Shown: positions 54,100-64,000 of the stretch, in pieces
How the letters are laid out: every line of letters begins with the position of its first letter
Position numbering within the stretch: the stretch's first letter is position 1
NCBI GenBank assembly: GCA_051047955.1
Contig: JBPGPT010000004.1
Span: 248,001-312,000, forward strand
DNA length: 64,000 nucleotides
From: Cystobasidiomycetes sp. EMM_F5
Taxonomy: Eukaryota
Direction of reading: 5' to 3'
Translations under genes and position numbers: made by a program
The notes under the pieces: generated by a model
What the model was told of the DNA's origin: nothing
The model's database searches: none
The model's input: only the letters and a program-made list of their open reading frames with translations

Positions 54100-54467
54100 G
54101 TGGCTACTGGACCCACCCCGGTGTCAATGGCTTGTTATTGAAGCCAATGATGAAGGTTTAAGCGTCACGGTCTTCCTTCCACCAATCTTTTGCCTTCTCC
54201 TTAATGTTGCACCCTGCCTAACGAATCTGTCCCGGTAGTCTGTGCATAGCCATCCGTCACACTGTAAACATAGTCACACTGCTCTAATGGACAATACAAA
54301 GCATTACCATTCTTCTATTAATTCGCTATTAATACACTTGCCAAGCCCATTGCAACAAGTGGCGGATCATCATTTGCAGATTGCAGCCTCATCTCCTCCC
54401 AACTCGCGTATTTCAGTTCCAAGTACCCTTGACGCAGTATAGCACTCCAGCATCCTCCCCCCATTGA

Positions 54468-57400
54468 ATGAAACATCCACACCTCAGCAATGTCAACCTC
54501 GGGGCTGCATCTCGGGCTACAGCGACCGCGTCTGGCGGGCAGGGCGATCATGGCTTCCAGTGCACCAGCGACGATGGGGGAGCTGAAGAGATACCAGCTA
54601 TACCGAGGCATCATTTATCGAAGACGCGGTCTATCCTGACGCCAGCTAGGCTCTTGAATGCCTTCATCCTCTGCTCCGTCATCATCGCTGCCATTTCGGC
54701 AGTCCCGACAGCTGCCGCACTGTCGCTGAACAAGCCGCCGGTCTCTGCCAACGCGGACATCTTGTACGTGCAGGGCAAGGCACTTGAGCAAGTGCTATCG
54801 AAAGATGCTACTGCAATCTCGCTGCCCGTCACGCCCACTACGACCGAAGTGCGTCGTCACCCGTGGTACAGACGCCAATCGACGACCGATACTGCAGCAG
54901 CCGTTGCGTCAACCTGTGCTTGCTCGTCCGACGAAGGGGAAGAGCACAATGGTGCATACTATGCCGGAATAGTCCTCATTCCAGGACTCGTCCTCCTCAG
55001 TGGTATCTTTGCTGGCCTGACGCTCGGTTACATGAGTTTGGATATGAATCAGCTACAAGTCCTGGCAAAGACCGGTACACCCAAACAGCAGAGAGAGTGA
55101 GTGGACTGTTAGTGCATCAACCCAACCAGCGCATCATCTGACTCGCGTGGTTGCCTGTATTGTACAGCGCCAAACGCATCATTCCGCTTCGAAAGAACGG
55201 ACATTTACTACTGGTCTCCCTGTTGATCGGAAACATGGCTGCCTCCGAAGTGAGTAGTGCATTGCCGTCGGTGACGTTATAACGTATTGCTGAAGACCCG
55301 CTCTTCCTCAGACCCTGCCAGTCGTTGCTGATCCGGTTCTTGGAGGCGGTCTGCAAGCTGTCATTGTCAGTACAGTCCTCGGTAAGCGGGAACGTACAAT
55401 CAATCTTTTTCTTTTGTCACTGACACGTCTATCGCTCAGTCATCATTTTCGCCGAAATTATTCCGCAATCGGTATGTTCACGGTTCGGCTTGCAAATCGG
55501 TGCCTTTATGGTATGGCCTACTCGTGTCATTATCGGTATTACATTCATCGTGTCGTGGCCCGTGTCGAAACTCCTTGAATTCCTGCTAGGGGCGCATTCC
55601 GGTGTGGTGTACAGACGAGCGGAACTAAAAGAGCTCATCTCCATGCATGGTGAAGCTCACCAGCATGGAGGTGATCTCAACAAGGACACCATCACAATCG
55701 TCGGAGCTACGCTCGATTTACAAGAAAAGGTCGTAAGCGATGCCATGACTGGCTTGGACAAGGCTTTTATGCTCGACGTGAATACTCGGCTAGATTATGC
55801 CACGCTTACTAGGATCGTCAAGAGCGGTCACTCGCGTATTCCAGTCTACGAAGAAAGAGAATCGCCTCAAGAAGATGCGAGCGGCCAATCTACAGTCAAA
55901 CCAGTGCCGAGGAAGCGAATCATTGGTGCTCTCCTCACCAAACAGCTAATTCTCCTCGATCCGGAAGATGCGGTACCCCTTCGTGACTTGCCAATGAATC
56001 CTATGCCAACCGTCTCGGAAAACATGGCGCTCCTGCAGATTCTCAACACTTTCCAAGAGGGGCGCTCGCATATAGCAATGGTTGCACGATCTCCTCCTCG
56101 ACCTCCAAAAGTGGAGCGCTCGGCATCGCACAGCTCATCGTCTAGCACTGCTTCCTCGAATGAGGGGTCACATCATCGTGGAAGGCTGCGATTTGCTAGC
56201 CGTGTCAAAAAGACTCTTACGCGTACCAGTACAGCAGGTGTGACATCCTCGTCAAGCCCTTCGTCTGACCATCGAGGCGTTCGAAACTTGTTCAAACGCG
56301 ATGACAAGACTAGGCGGACAGACGAGGAGCAGCCTTCTTCTCCCGATATGGCTGACGGCGAACATGCTCAAGCCTCGGAAACGGCAGTCTCTGATGAGGA
56401 AATCGAAATGACGACGATTCCAGATCCTGATGACGTAGTCGGTCTTATCACGCTTGAAGACGTATTGGAAGAACTCATTGGCGAGGAGATTGAGGTGAGC
56501 TTTAGCGGCTTGTTTACGGACTTGGCGTGTATACAAGTCTGACTTGAGTCTAGGACGAGTTTGACGCTCAGTTGACTGGCAAATCCGCAGCAGAACCGTA
56601 CATTCCCGCCGAAGCCAGATACCACATCAATAATACTTCAGGCGCACGTCGCGGAGCAGCAGGTATCTTAGGTCCACTTACACGATCCAAAGCCGATCCC
56701 ACCACGCATCCCTCTGGAGGACTACTGTCGGCTGCGGCCGGTCAAATCCAAGTATCGGATACGCCAGTCAGCCAGGGATCACACGGCGGTCAACAGACAA
56801 ATTCTGCTCAAAGCAAGCCAGGCCCGCTGGCGGCTCTGAGACGCTCTACGTTCGGGTTGGGCAGATCGTCATCCGCTCCAGGTCGCAACCGAGCAAACCC
56901 AGAAGCGCTGACCACTGCACCGATTCGCAAGGATGCTGCGCCTGCGATCGCAACTGGCGCAAACACAGAAAAGTCTGTCGCGGAGAAGAGAGAGAAGTCG
57001 GCTCCTGAACCGATGCAGAGCGCTGAGAAGACTAGCAGTTCTATTACTCCGGTTCCTCAAATTTCAGTGGACACTGATTATTTCAGTCCGCCCAAAGTTG
57101 AACAGACTGCGATGGTCACATCCCCTGGCCATCTGACCGCGAGTCCAGCCGGCGAGTCTCCTAGTCATGGCTCCGCAGGCATTAAGAATACCGAGGTGGG
57201 TCAACAGACTGATACCTCGAATGTAGCCATGTTCGCACGAGTCGTTGATCAATCCGAAAATGGTGCTGTCGAGAGGCAGGATGACAACCTGGCCACTGGA
57301 GCTGTCGAAGCACCTCAACCCGTTACCGAAGCGCCCTCGGCACGCCGTGCCAGATCGGTTGCTTCTACTACTCTACTGTCGGATGCGCTCTTGCTTGAGC

Positions 57401-57915
57401 GTGGACGTCGCCAACTTCGTGCACAAGGACAGGATCCAGATGCCGTCAATCTGCTCGTTGCAACTCGTGCAGTTACGCCTGGTAGAGGAAACCTTGGACC
57501 GCCTGGACAGGCAGTCGGTCATCTCCGCGGCATAGCTAGCGGTTCTACTACTCCCTCTACCCCGCGTTTGGAGACGCCTGATGGCGGTGCGATCCTTGTC
57601 GTGCAGGCACCAGGACAGCGAGCGCAGACACCAGGTGCCGTGCAGACTACTGCCGCAGCTCATGCAGGATCATCGTCGGCCTTTGCAGCCGCTTCCGCCA
57701 ACAATCCGATCGTCAATGCGAACCTCCGCAAACTCAGTTTCAAGAGCCCCAGCCCGAGCATTGACAGTCTCCCACATCGAGTCGCGCAGACTGCGGTAAC
57801 AACAAGAGCAGGACAAGGTAGCAGAACCTCCACTCCGCTAGATGACGCGGATGTGCAGGAAGTACCCGAGCCTTCTGCACCCAAACCAGGGGACAATACG
57901 AAGCCAAGCGGCTAG
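54468..57915 (+). CDS. MAM3: CNNM/DUF21-CBS metal transporter (Mam3-like), multi-exon
   Basis: LVLLSGIFAGLTLGYMSLD, GHLLLVSLLIGNM, IFAEIIPQS, RRAELKELISMH, GGDLNKDTITIVGATLDLQEK, SGHSRIPVY, FQEGRSHIA, GLITLEDVLEELIGEEI. Confidence 0.92.
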
Positions 57916-58088
57916 TCATTAGCTTTTCTAGCGTACGGAACCATGTAGCAATCCAACAGTTTTTCTGACATTGCTGGTAATGTTGTCTTGTGCTCAGATT
58001 GCTGTATTTGTTACCACTATTTTGCGCTCTGCGTTACCATATAAAACGGTACTCCTTGACCGTGACCAACTTGCGACCGACTGTCCCG

Positions 58089-59475
58089 ATGACGGTCGGC
58101 AAGCGCAAGGTCAAGGCTGAGGACGACGACGACGACGACGATTACGGCACAGTGAGGAAGGCTGGACGCAGCAGCAACTCCAAAGATAAGGCAAAGGTCA
58201 AAGATGCGACCGATGACGACGACGACGAGGACGTCAAGCCGGGCAAAGGCAAGAAACGCGCAAAGACGGCGAAAGCGGACGATGGAGTAGAGAAGAGACT
58301 GGCAAAGTTCAAGGCAAAGTGTCCAAAGGTGCGCCTGGCTGGTGTTTACTGGCAGTGGCGGTATTATAACATCTGACATCTATCAATCCATCTGGGACTC
58401 GTCGTATCTGTCAAAGAACATCCAAGAACGCATGGAACGTGTGTTTGCACAGCGTTTCTTCCTCATCGGCCGAGAACGCGCCGATGGGCGATACCAAGAG
58501 AGCTTCACTGTGCTCGGATCCACTGGCAATGTGTACACGGTCAAGATATGCAATCTGCCATCCTGCGATTGCCCTGACGCAGCAAAGGGAAACCACTGCA
58601 AACACCTCCTCTTTGTTATGCTCAAAGTCCTTCACGTAGCTCCGGCGTCCCCACACTGTAAGCTCCTGAAGACGGTCGCAAGGATTGTTTGCTTGGCTGA
58701 CAACGGCGGGGTGGGCATGTAGCCTACCAGAAGGCACTGCTGACGTCCGAGCTCAAGGAGATTTTTGAAGCCGCTCCTCCTGCCCCGGCTGCTCAGCTTG
58801 GCAATCACAACTTGACAAAGGCATGGCAGAAGGTGACGGGCTCGCCATCCAAAGCAAAAGAGGAGGATGCGGAACCCGAAGGTGTCCCAAAAGGCAAGAG
58901 ACGCTGGCCACCAAACGAGGAGGATACGTGCCCAGTGGTATGTGTTTTGTCTTGATCTGGTATTTGCGGAGACGAGGAACCGAACTACGTTGCCATACAG
59001 TGCTACGAAGATATCGCAGGAGAAGACGAATCCCTCTTTTCCTTTTGCGAAACTAGCTGCGGAGGGCCCGTGCACAAGGAGTGTATGGCCAATTGGGTGA
59101 CTGCGACAAGAGCCAAAGGCGAGCAACCGACTTGTGTATTCTGTCGAGAGCCATGGCTCCTGCCAGGTGCTGCAGGAGGTGCTGGTGCTGGTCCAGCCAA
59201 TCCGAATGCCCCACCAGAGTACTCAGAGGGCTATCTGAATTTGGCAAGCACAGTCGGAGTGAGTCGCCAGCGAGACTCTAGTACCTACTACCATGGACCT
59301 CGCGCTGGGTGAGTCGTCTTCTCAATAGCTCTGCCAGGCCTTCGAGCTGATCTTAGTCTGCCTTTGCAGCGTGCGCGCAAGAGATGCCTACTTCCAAGCA
59401 GCTGCAAAGTACGGTGGCTATGGCGGTGCTTATCGCGGCGACGCCTACTTGTGGGAACGCGGCTACGACCTGTAA
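58089..59475 (+). CDS. SWIM zinc-finger + RING-finger protein (fungal ZSWIM2/MEKK1-SWIM-like), multi-exon
   Basis: FTVLGSTGNVYTV..PSCDCPD..GNHCKHLLFV (SWIM CxC..CxH), YQKALLTSEL, CPV|CYE..CETSCGGPVHKECMANW..CVFCREPW (RING), EGYLNL. Confidence 0.9.
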
Positions 59476-59756
59476 CGAAGAGCAGCCGGTCGGGGAAGGA
59501 TGGATCCGAAGAACGAGGAGATGACATCGGAGACTGTCCGATGGAGCAGATGCATGCATTTGACAGTGCTAACAAGGTCTCGAGTGCATCGAGAAGAGAA
59601 CGGCTGATGGGTTCGGTCGATCAATCGGAGATGAATCTGTACTGAATGATGTTGTTGTCTCGGTACATAGTTGAATTTCTCTCGATAAATGCCACGCATT
59701 GCTGCATGCCCACGCATACCCCATCTGACTATGTACTAAAATTTGGTCTCCTGCTG

Positions 59757-61343
59757 TCAATGCTGTTCGATTTGTCCCCAGGCTTTACGAGGCAATTGCC
59801 GCACTATGCCATTGTACACCACTCCCAGGACGATGAGAATGATCCACGCCAGCTGACCGCCCAGTATGCGATTGTCGACTCCGACAGCGTAAAGACTGGA
59901 CATGACGGCTGGAGCGAGCGCCCTGACAGCCGCCGAGCAGGATAGCGAGAGGCCGTTGAGAGCACCGAGCGCGGATGGGAAAGGAGCAATGTCATTGAGT
60001 ATCAACTGACATGCCGTTTGACTCATGCCGACACTGGCTCCTACCGCTGCCACAACTGCAGCGACTACCCAGAATCCAATGATCCCCATACCTCTGCGGG
60101 AGGCCAGATTGATGAGCGGATACGCCGTGCACAGGAGCGGCCAGCCTATCGCAACAAAGTGAAGTATTCCTCGATTACCGATACGCTTGTGCAGCCGTGG
60201 GAATATGACCAACACCCAGATTGTTTGCATACAGCCGAAAATGGCCATGAAGCTCGAGATTTGTTGAGGACTCAGGCCAAAGCCACCGAGGTTGATAGGT
60301 GTAAAACACGTCACAGGTGAGACTGTATGCAATGAAACGAACCTGTCAAAAAGGACAAACATCGCAAGCAACAGAAGAACATACGAGCTGTGTAGCTTAA
60401 GCCAATTGCTGACGTCCAAACGCTTATAAGCAGGACTCGCCCTACGCCTTCGGACTGTAGCAGCTCCTTCGTACTCAATTGTTCCAAAGCCGTTTTAGAG
60501 CCAGTTCCGTCAAACTTCCGTTTCAGAGTCTGGTCGTCACACTAGTGTCAGCGAGATTCCACGAGCCGCCATCATACCTTACCTCCTTCAACGAAATACT
60601 GAGCGTGACTGCAACTGACAACGCCAGCGTGCTTGTCGCAAGGCAGGGGAGGAGGTATGGATATGCAACGAGAATCTCAAAGTTGCGAAATATGGCATAA
60701 TTTTCCGCAGGATGTGACAGATAGCCTCCGCTTAATGGTGCAATGAATACGGCCGCATTTCCCGCAAATGCAAACCAGCTAAAAGCAGTCGCCTGAGTCT
60801 TGTGTGTGCTGATTTCGGAGATCATTGTACGTATCGTGACGGTGCTGCCGGAAAACAATCCTGATAGACATCTAAAGAGTATCATCTGCCAGACCTGTGT
60901 TGACAGTCCAAAGAGCGCTGTCGTAATCGTCAAGCCGAACATCGATGTAACCAGGATGCCTTTTCGACCCCGCTGAGCGTGGCAGTAGTAAGCCAAAAAG
61001 CTACAGTTGTCCAACCATCACAGTCTCTCACTTGGTCGCTAAGTCGTCCCCAGAATGGCATGACCAGGAATTGGGTTAGTGAAAATAGTGATTCCACTAG
61101 TCCCACATAGAACCCAGTTTGAGAGTCTGGGACGCCAGTTTCGTGAACCATAGCGTTGACGTATGGCCATATAGAGAAGAACGCAACGGGTTCTACGAAT
61201 CTTGCAAATACTAGCAGAGCCAATTGACCCTTCGGCAGAGGCTTGTCGAGATCGTCATGGTCTGATTTCGGCAGAAGGGCCTCTGCCTCTAGAGGGGAAG
61301 TTTCAGCATGAAGATCTTCGTCAGCGCTGGTTTCCGTTCGCAT
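59757..61343 (-). CDS. MFS transporter (DHA1/tetracycline-resistance-like), multi-exon
   Basis: PLPKGQL, EPVAFFSIWPYV, GFYVGLVES, WGRLSD|..GRK, RCLSGLFSG, YPYLLPCL, LGGFGLSPQQI, ALGALNG. Confidence 0.92.
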
Positions 61344-61844
61344 TGTGTTGGCAGTATCGAGAGCGTCAGCCTTGTCGTCGCGATATCAGTTTGAGCTGCC
61401 GAAAAGGTACAGGCAGCTACATGTGGTTTGTCAAAGGCGCTAAAATTAGTCGCGTTTCTACTCGATACGTACTCGCTTCGCAAGCTTGCAATTCTTTCGC
61501 AGAGATGTGTAGGCATGCCATCAGGTATCGCCTGTTTGCCATGCGAAACTGACCTCCCGAATTTCAGCCATGCAAAAATCGACCGGTCCGGTCCTCCACG
61601 AAATGCACCGCGACTGCTTTGAGGCAAGGATTGCTAATAATGGATATCTTCCACTGTGCAGCCTGATGGGGGTTGTGGGGGACTCCCACGGAGTAACCTT
61701 GGCGGATTCTCGGGCCGAATGAGACCAATATACTGTTTACACTTCCCCACTTCCTCCCACCTTGTAAATTTTGCCGGATGTACAAGACTATACCCACATC
61801 CATGCACCCCTGCTCGTTTGAGTCTTGGTTAGGCTGGCTTCATC

Positions 61845-63053
61845 ATGATTGGTCTCACAGTATTGGCAGTATTCGTTCCCGTTGCGTTCGCTGGCCGCAT
61901 TCAGCATCGACAGCTCAACACCGATTCGTGCACTATCGATACCCATGCGTGCGGCAGACTTGCCCATACGTCTCCTGTTCTACAAACTGACGTAACAATA
62001 CAGGCACTTCACTCCAGATTTCTTCCGCGACCTACTTGGCGGAAATCTGGTCGGGGGGAACCCTACGCCCGCCTGGAATATCTCCATGACGTTTGATGCC
62101 ATGCGTCAGCAGAATATCAGTCGGTCAGTCCGTTGTTGCGAGCCGCTACTGACGAGACGACCTTGCTGAACCCTAGCTCACCAGCACCATCTTGACGCCG
62201 TCATATCCGCAGACTCAGTGGGTCAGAAGCATCGCAACTCCTATGTATGCTGATACAGATAAGCAGACTCAACAACCGTACCCTCACCGTTAATACTGCT
62301 ATGCGACTCAACGATTACGCAGCGAATTTGTCTCGCACCTACCCAAACAACATTAGCTGGTTCGGAGTTTTACCTCTGCCCTACATAAACGATACTCTGC
62401 AAGAAATACAGCGCATTCGAAGTCTTGGTGCCCTTGGATATGCGATCTACAGTAATGCGGAGGGCGTTTACGTTGGCAATGCATCATACAAGCCGGTCTT
62501 CGAAGCCTTGAATGGTCTTAACGCTACAATCTTCGTCCATCCACAGTCGCCGAGCATCGATTGTGGAGCTGGTGGTCGCGTAGGAGCCAATCCTTTAGGC
62601 GAAAGCGTCATCCCCATCGCAGCGCTGGAATACTTTGCTGATACTGCGCGTGGCTTCACGAGTCTATTTCTTGGAGGGTATCCGCAAAACTACACCAGCC
62701 TGCGATTCATTTTTCCACATGTCGGCGGGGATATTCCCGCGATTCTCGAACGGGTGATTCCATACCTCACTCGCTTGTCAGCAGCACCGACGACCGCTGC
62801 CCAGATATACTCCATACTGAGATCCCGTATGTGGTTCGATTCCGCTGGCCCAAGCTACCCTCAACAAGTGGGTGGAATTCGCGGATACAGTGTGCCATGG
62901 TCGCAATTTCTGCTTGGAACGGACTTTCCCAGCGTCGCTTTGGCAGTCGCCGTCCCGAACACTGCTGCCGTCAAGAATTATACCTTCCCTACAGCTCAAG
63001 ACCGGGATAATGTCTTGTGCGGTAACGCACGACGGCTCTTCGGGTCTATATAG
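61845..63053 (+). CDS. Secreted amidohydrolase-2 family protein (ACMSD / 6-methylsalicylate-decarboxylase-like), multi-exon
   Basis: Signal peptide MIGLTVLAVFVPVAFA; spliced IDTHA|HF (HxH), PAW, NDYAA, FVHP, EYFADTAR, FPHVGG, FDSAG, GTDFP, NARRLF. Confidence 0.9.
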
Positions 63054-63435
63054 TGCATAACCGGTTTCATGTGATAGTCGACAGAAAACAGCGTCTCCGC
63101 TGAACTTGTATACGTCATAATTTGCTACAACGCTAATCAAGAATTTCTTCTGTTGGAACACTTCTCCCGCCACTACTGCCGCTGCTATCATGCAAGATCT
63201 GCGGAAACGAAGTACATGCGGTATCATGTCGTTTGTTGCGTTTTGCCCCTTCTTTGCACTGGCAATGCCTGCGATGATTTGGTCGCAAAGCGATGCAAAC
63301 TCCTGAAGGTATTGCTGAAGCGGTGATTGCTGCGGAGGCGCTACGCGACGCTAGCAGGTGCTACAGAAGTGTTATGAAGGTACTGCGAAGACCCACGAAG
63401 GTTCTATAGAGGTGCTATGGATGCCAGACCATCTA

Positions 63436-64000
63436 CTATGATGTCAAGCCCCAAGCCTTGCGAGGCAGCTGGCGTACAACAATGTTGTACGCTAGGCCCA
63501 ATAGGCCAAGGATAATCCAGGCCAGTTGACCGCTCAATATTCGATTCTCTACGCCGACTGCATAGATGCTGGACGCTGCTGCTGGCGCTACTGCACGTAT
63601 GGCTGAGATTCCCGACAATGCGATTCCGTTGAGGGCGCCAAGTGCTGAAGAGTGCGGTACTATGTCGTTAACGATGAGTTGTGTGCTTGTATAGCTCATG
63701 CATACGCTCGATCCGAAGGCACCGAGAGCAGCGCCTGCTATCCAGAAGCCAGTCGAGGACATGCCCTTGCGCAAGGCCAAGTTGATGACAGGGTATGCTA
63801 GACTGAAAAGCGGCCAAACGACTCCAGCCCAGAGGAACATACCGCGACTGCCTATGCGTTTGTGCAATGGCGGAAAGACAACCAAGACCCAAAACGTTTG
63901 GCAAAATCCGCCGATTGCGAGGAGCAGACTAATTTGTTGTGGCGTCAATCCAAACCCCCCGAGACGGATGGGTGTGAAAGACATGAGCGGATTTACTATG
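63436..64000 (-). CDS. MFS transporter C-terminal part (paralogue of 59757-61343), 5' end off window
   Basis: FTPIRLGGFGLTPQQI..LHKRIG..ALGALNG..YAVGVENRILSGQLAWIIL..RQLPRKAWG, co-linear with the neighbouring MFS. Confidence 0.9.
   Translation of the reverse strand, partial: IVNPLMSFTPIRLGGFGLTPQQISLLLAIGGFCQTFWVLVVFPPLHKRIGSRGMFLWAGVVWPLFSLAYPVINLALRKGMSSTGFWIAGAALGAFGSSVCMSYTSTQLIVNDIVPHSSALGALNGIALSGISAIRAVAPAAASSIYAVGVENRILSGQLAWIILGLLGLAYNIVVRQLPRKAWGLTS

Noticed and set aside
58122..58139. (GAC)6 microsatellite, and similar GAC/TCG runs at 51.5 kb
   Set aside because: Encodes poly-Asp or poly-Ser tracts in coding exons; not a repeat element

Overview
Gene-dense, intron-rich fungal (basidiomycete-like) genomic DNA with short GT-AG introns and intergenic gaps often only a few hundred bp. 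The compactness and gene content suggest a Pucciniomycotina such as Mixia; this is inference, not tested. About 29 protein-coding genes can be assembled by hand-splicing. Housekeeping genes: SDH3 (truncated), MAF1, SGF29, heme oxygenase, a MIT-domain protein, DDB1, UGP1, PRMT5/Skb1, CCT5, MIC60, a CNNM/Mam3-like transporter and a SWIM-RING protein. Cell-surface or secreted genes: GH26 mannanase-like, MP88-like, two conserved GPI-type proteins and a PAN-like Cys-rich protein. There are also three paralogous MFS transporters. Most notable: (1) a cluster of three GT62 (Anp1/Mnn9/Van1-family) paralogues whose middle copy is intronless and has lost the DxD motif; (2) an 8-exon triple-repeat protein inside that cluster, invisible to the ORF track; (3) a tandem pair of intronless orphan paralogues with a shared, unrecognised beta-rich C-terminal domain; (4) an orphan 7-TM receptor-like protein with a very large third loop; (5) a signal-peptide-bearing, sequon-rich amidohydrolase/decarboxylase between two MFS paralogues. 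No tRNA, rRNA, transposon or CRISPR was recognised. Exon boundaries were read by eye, and multi-exon coordinates give ATG-to-stop spans.
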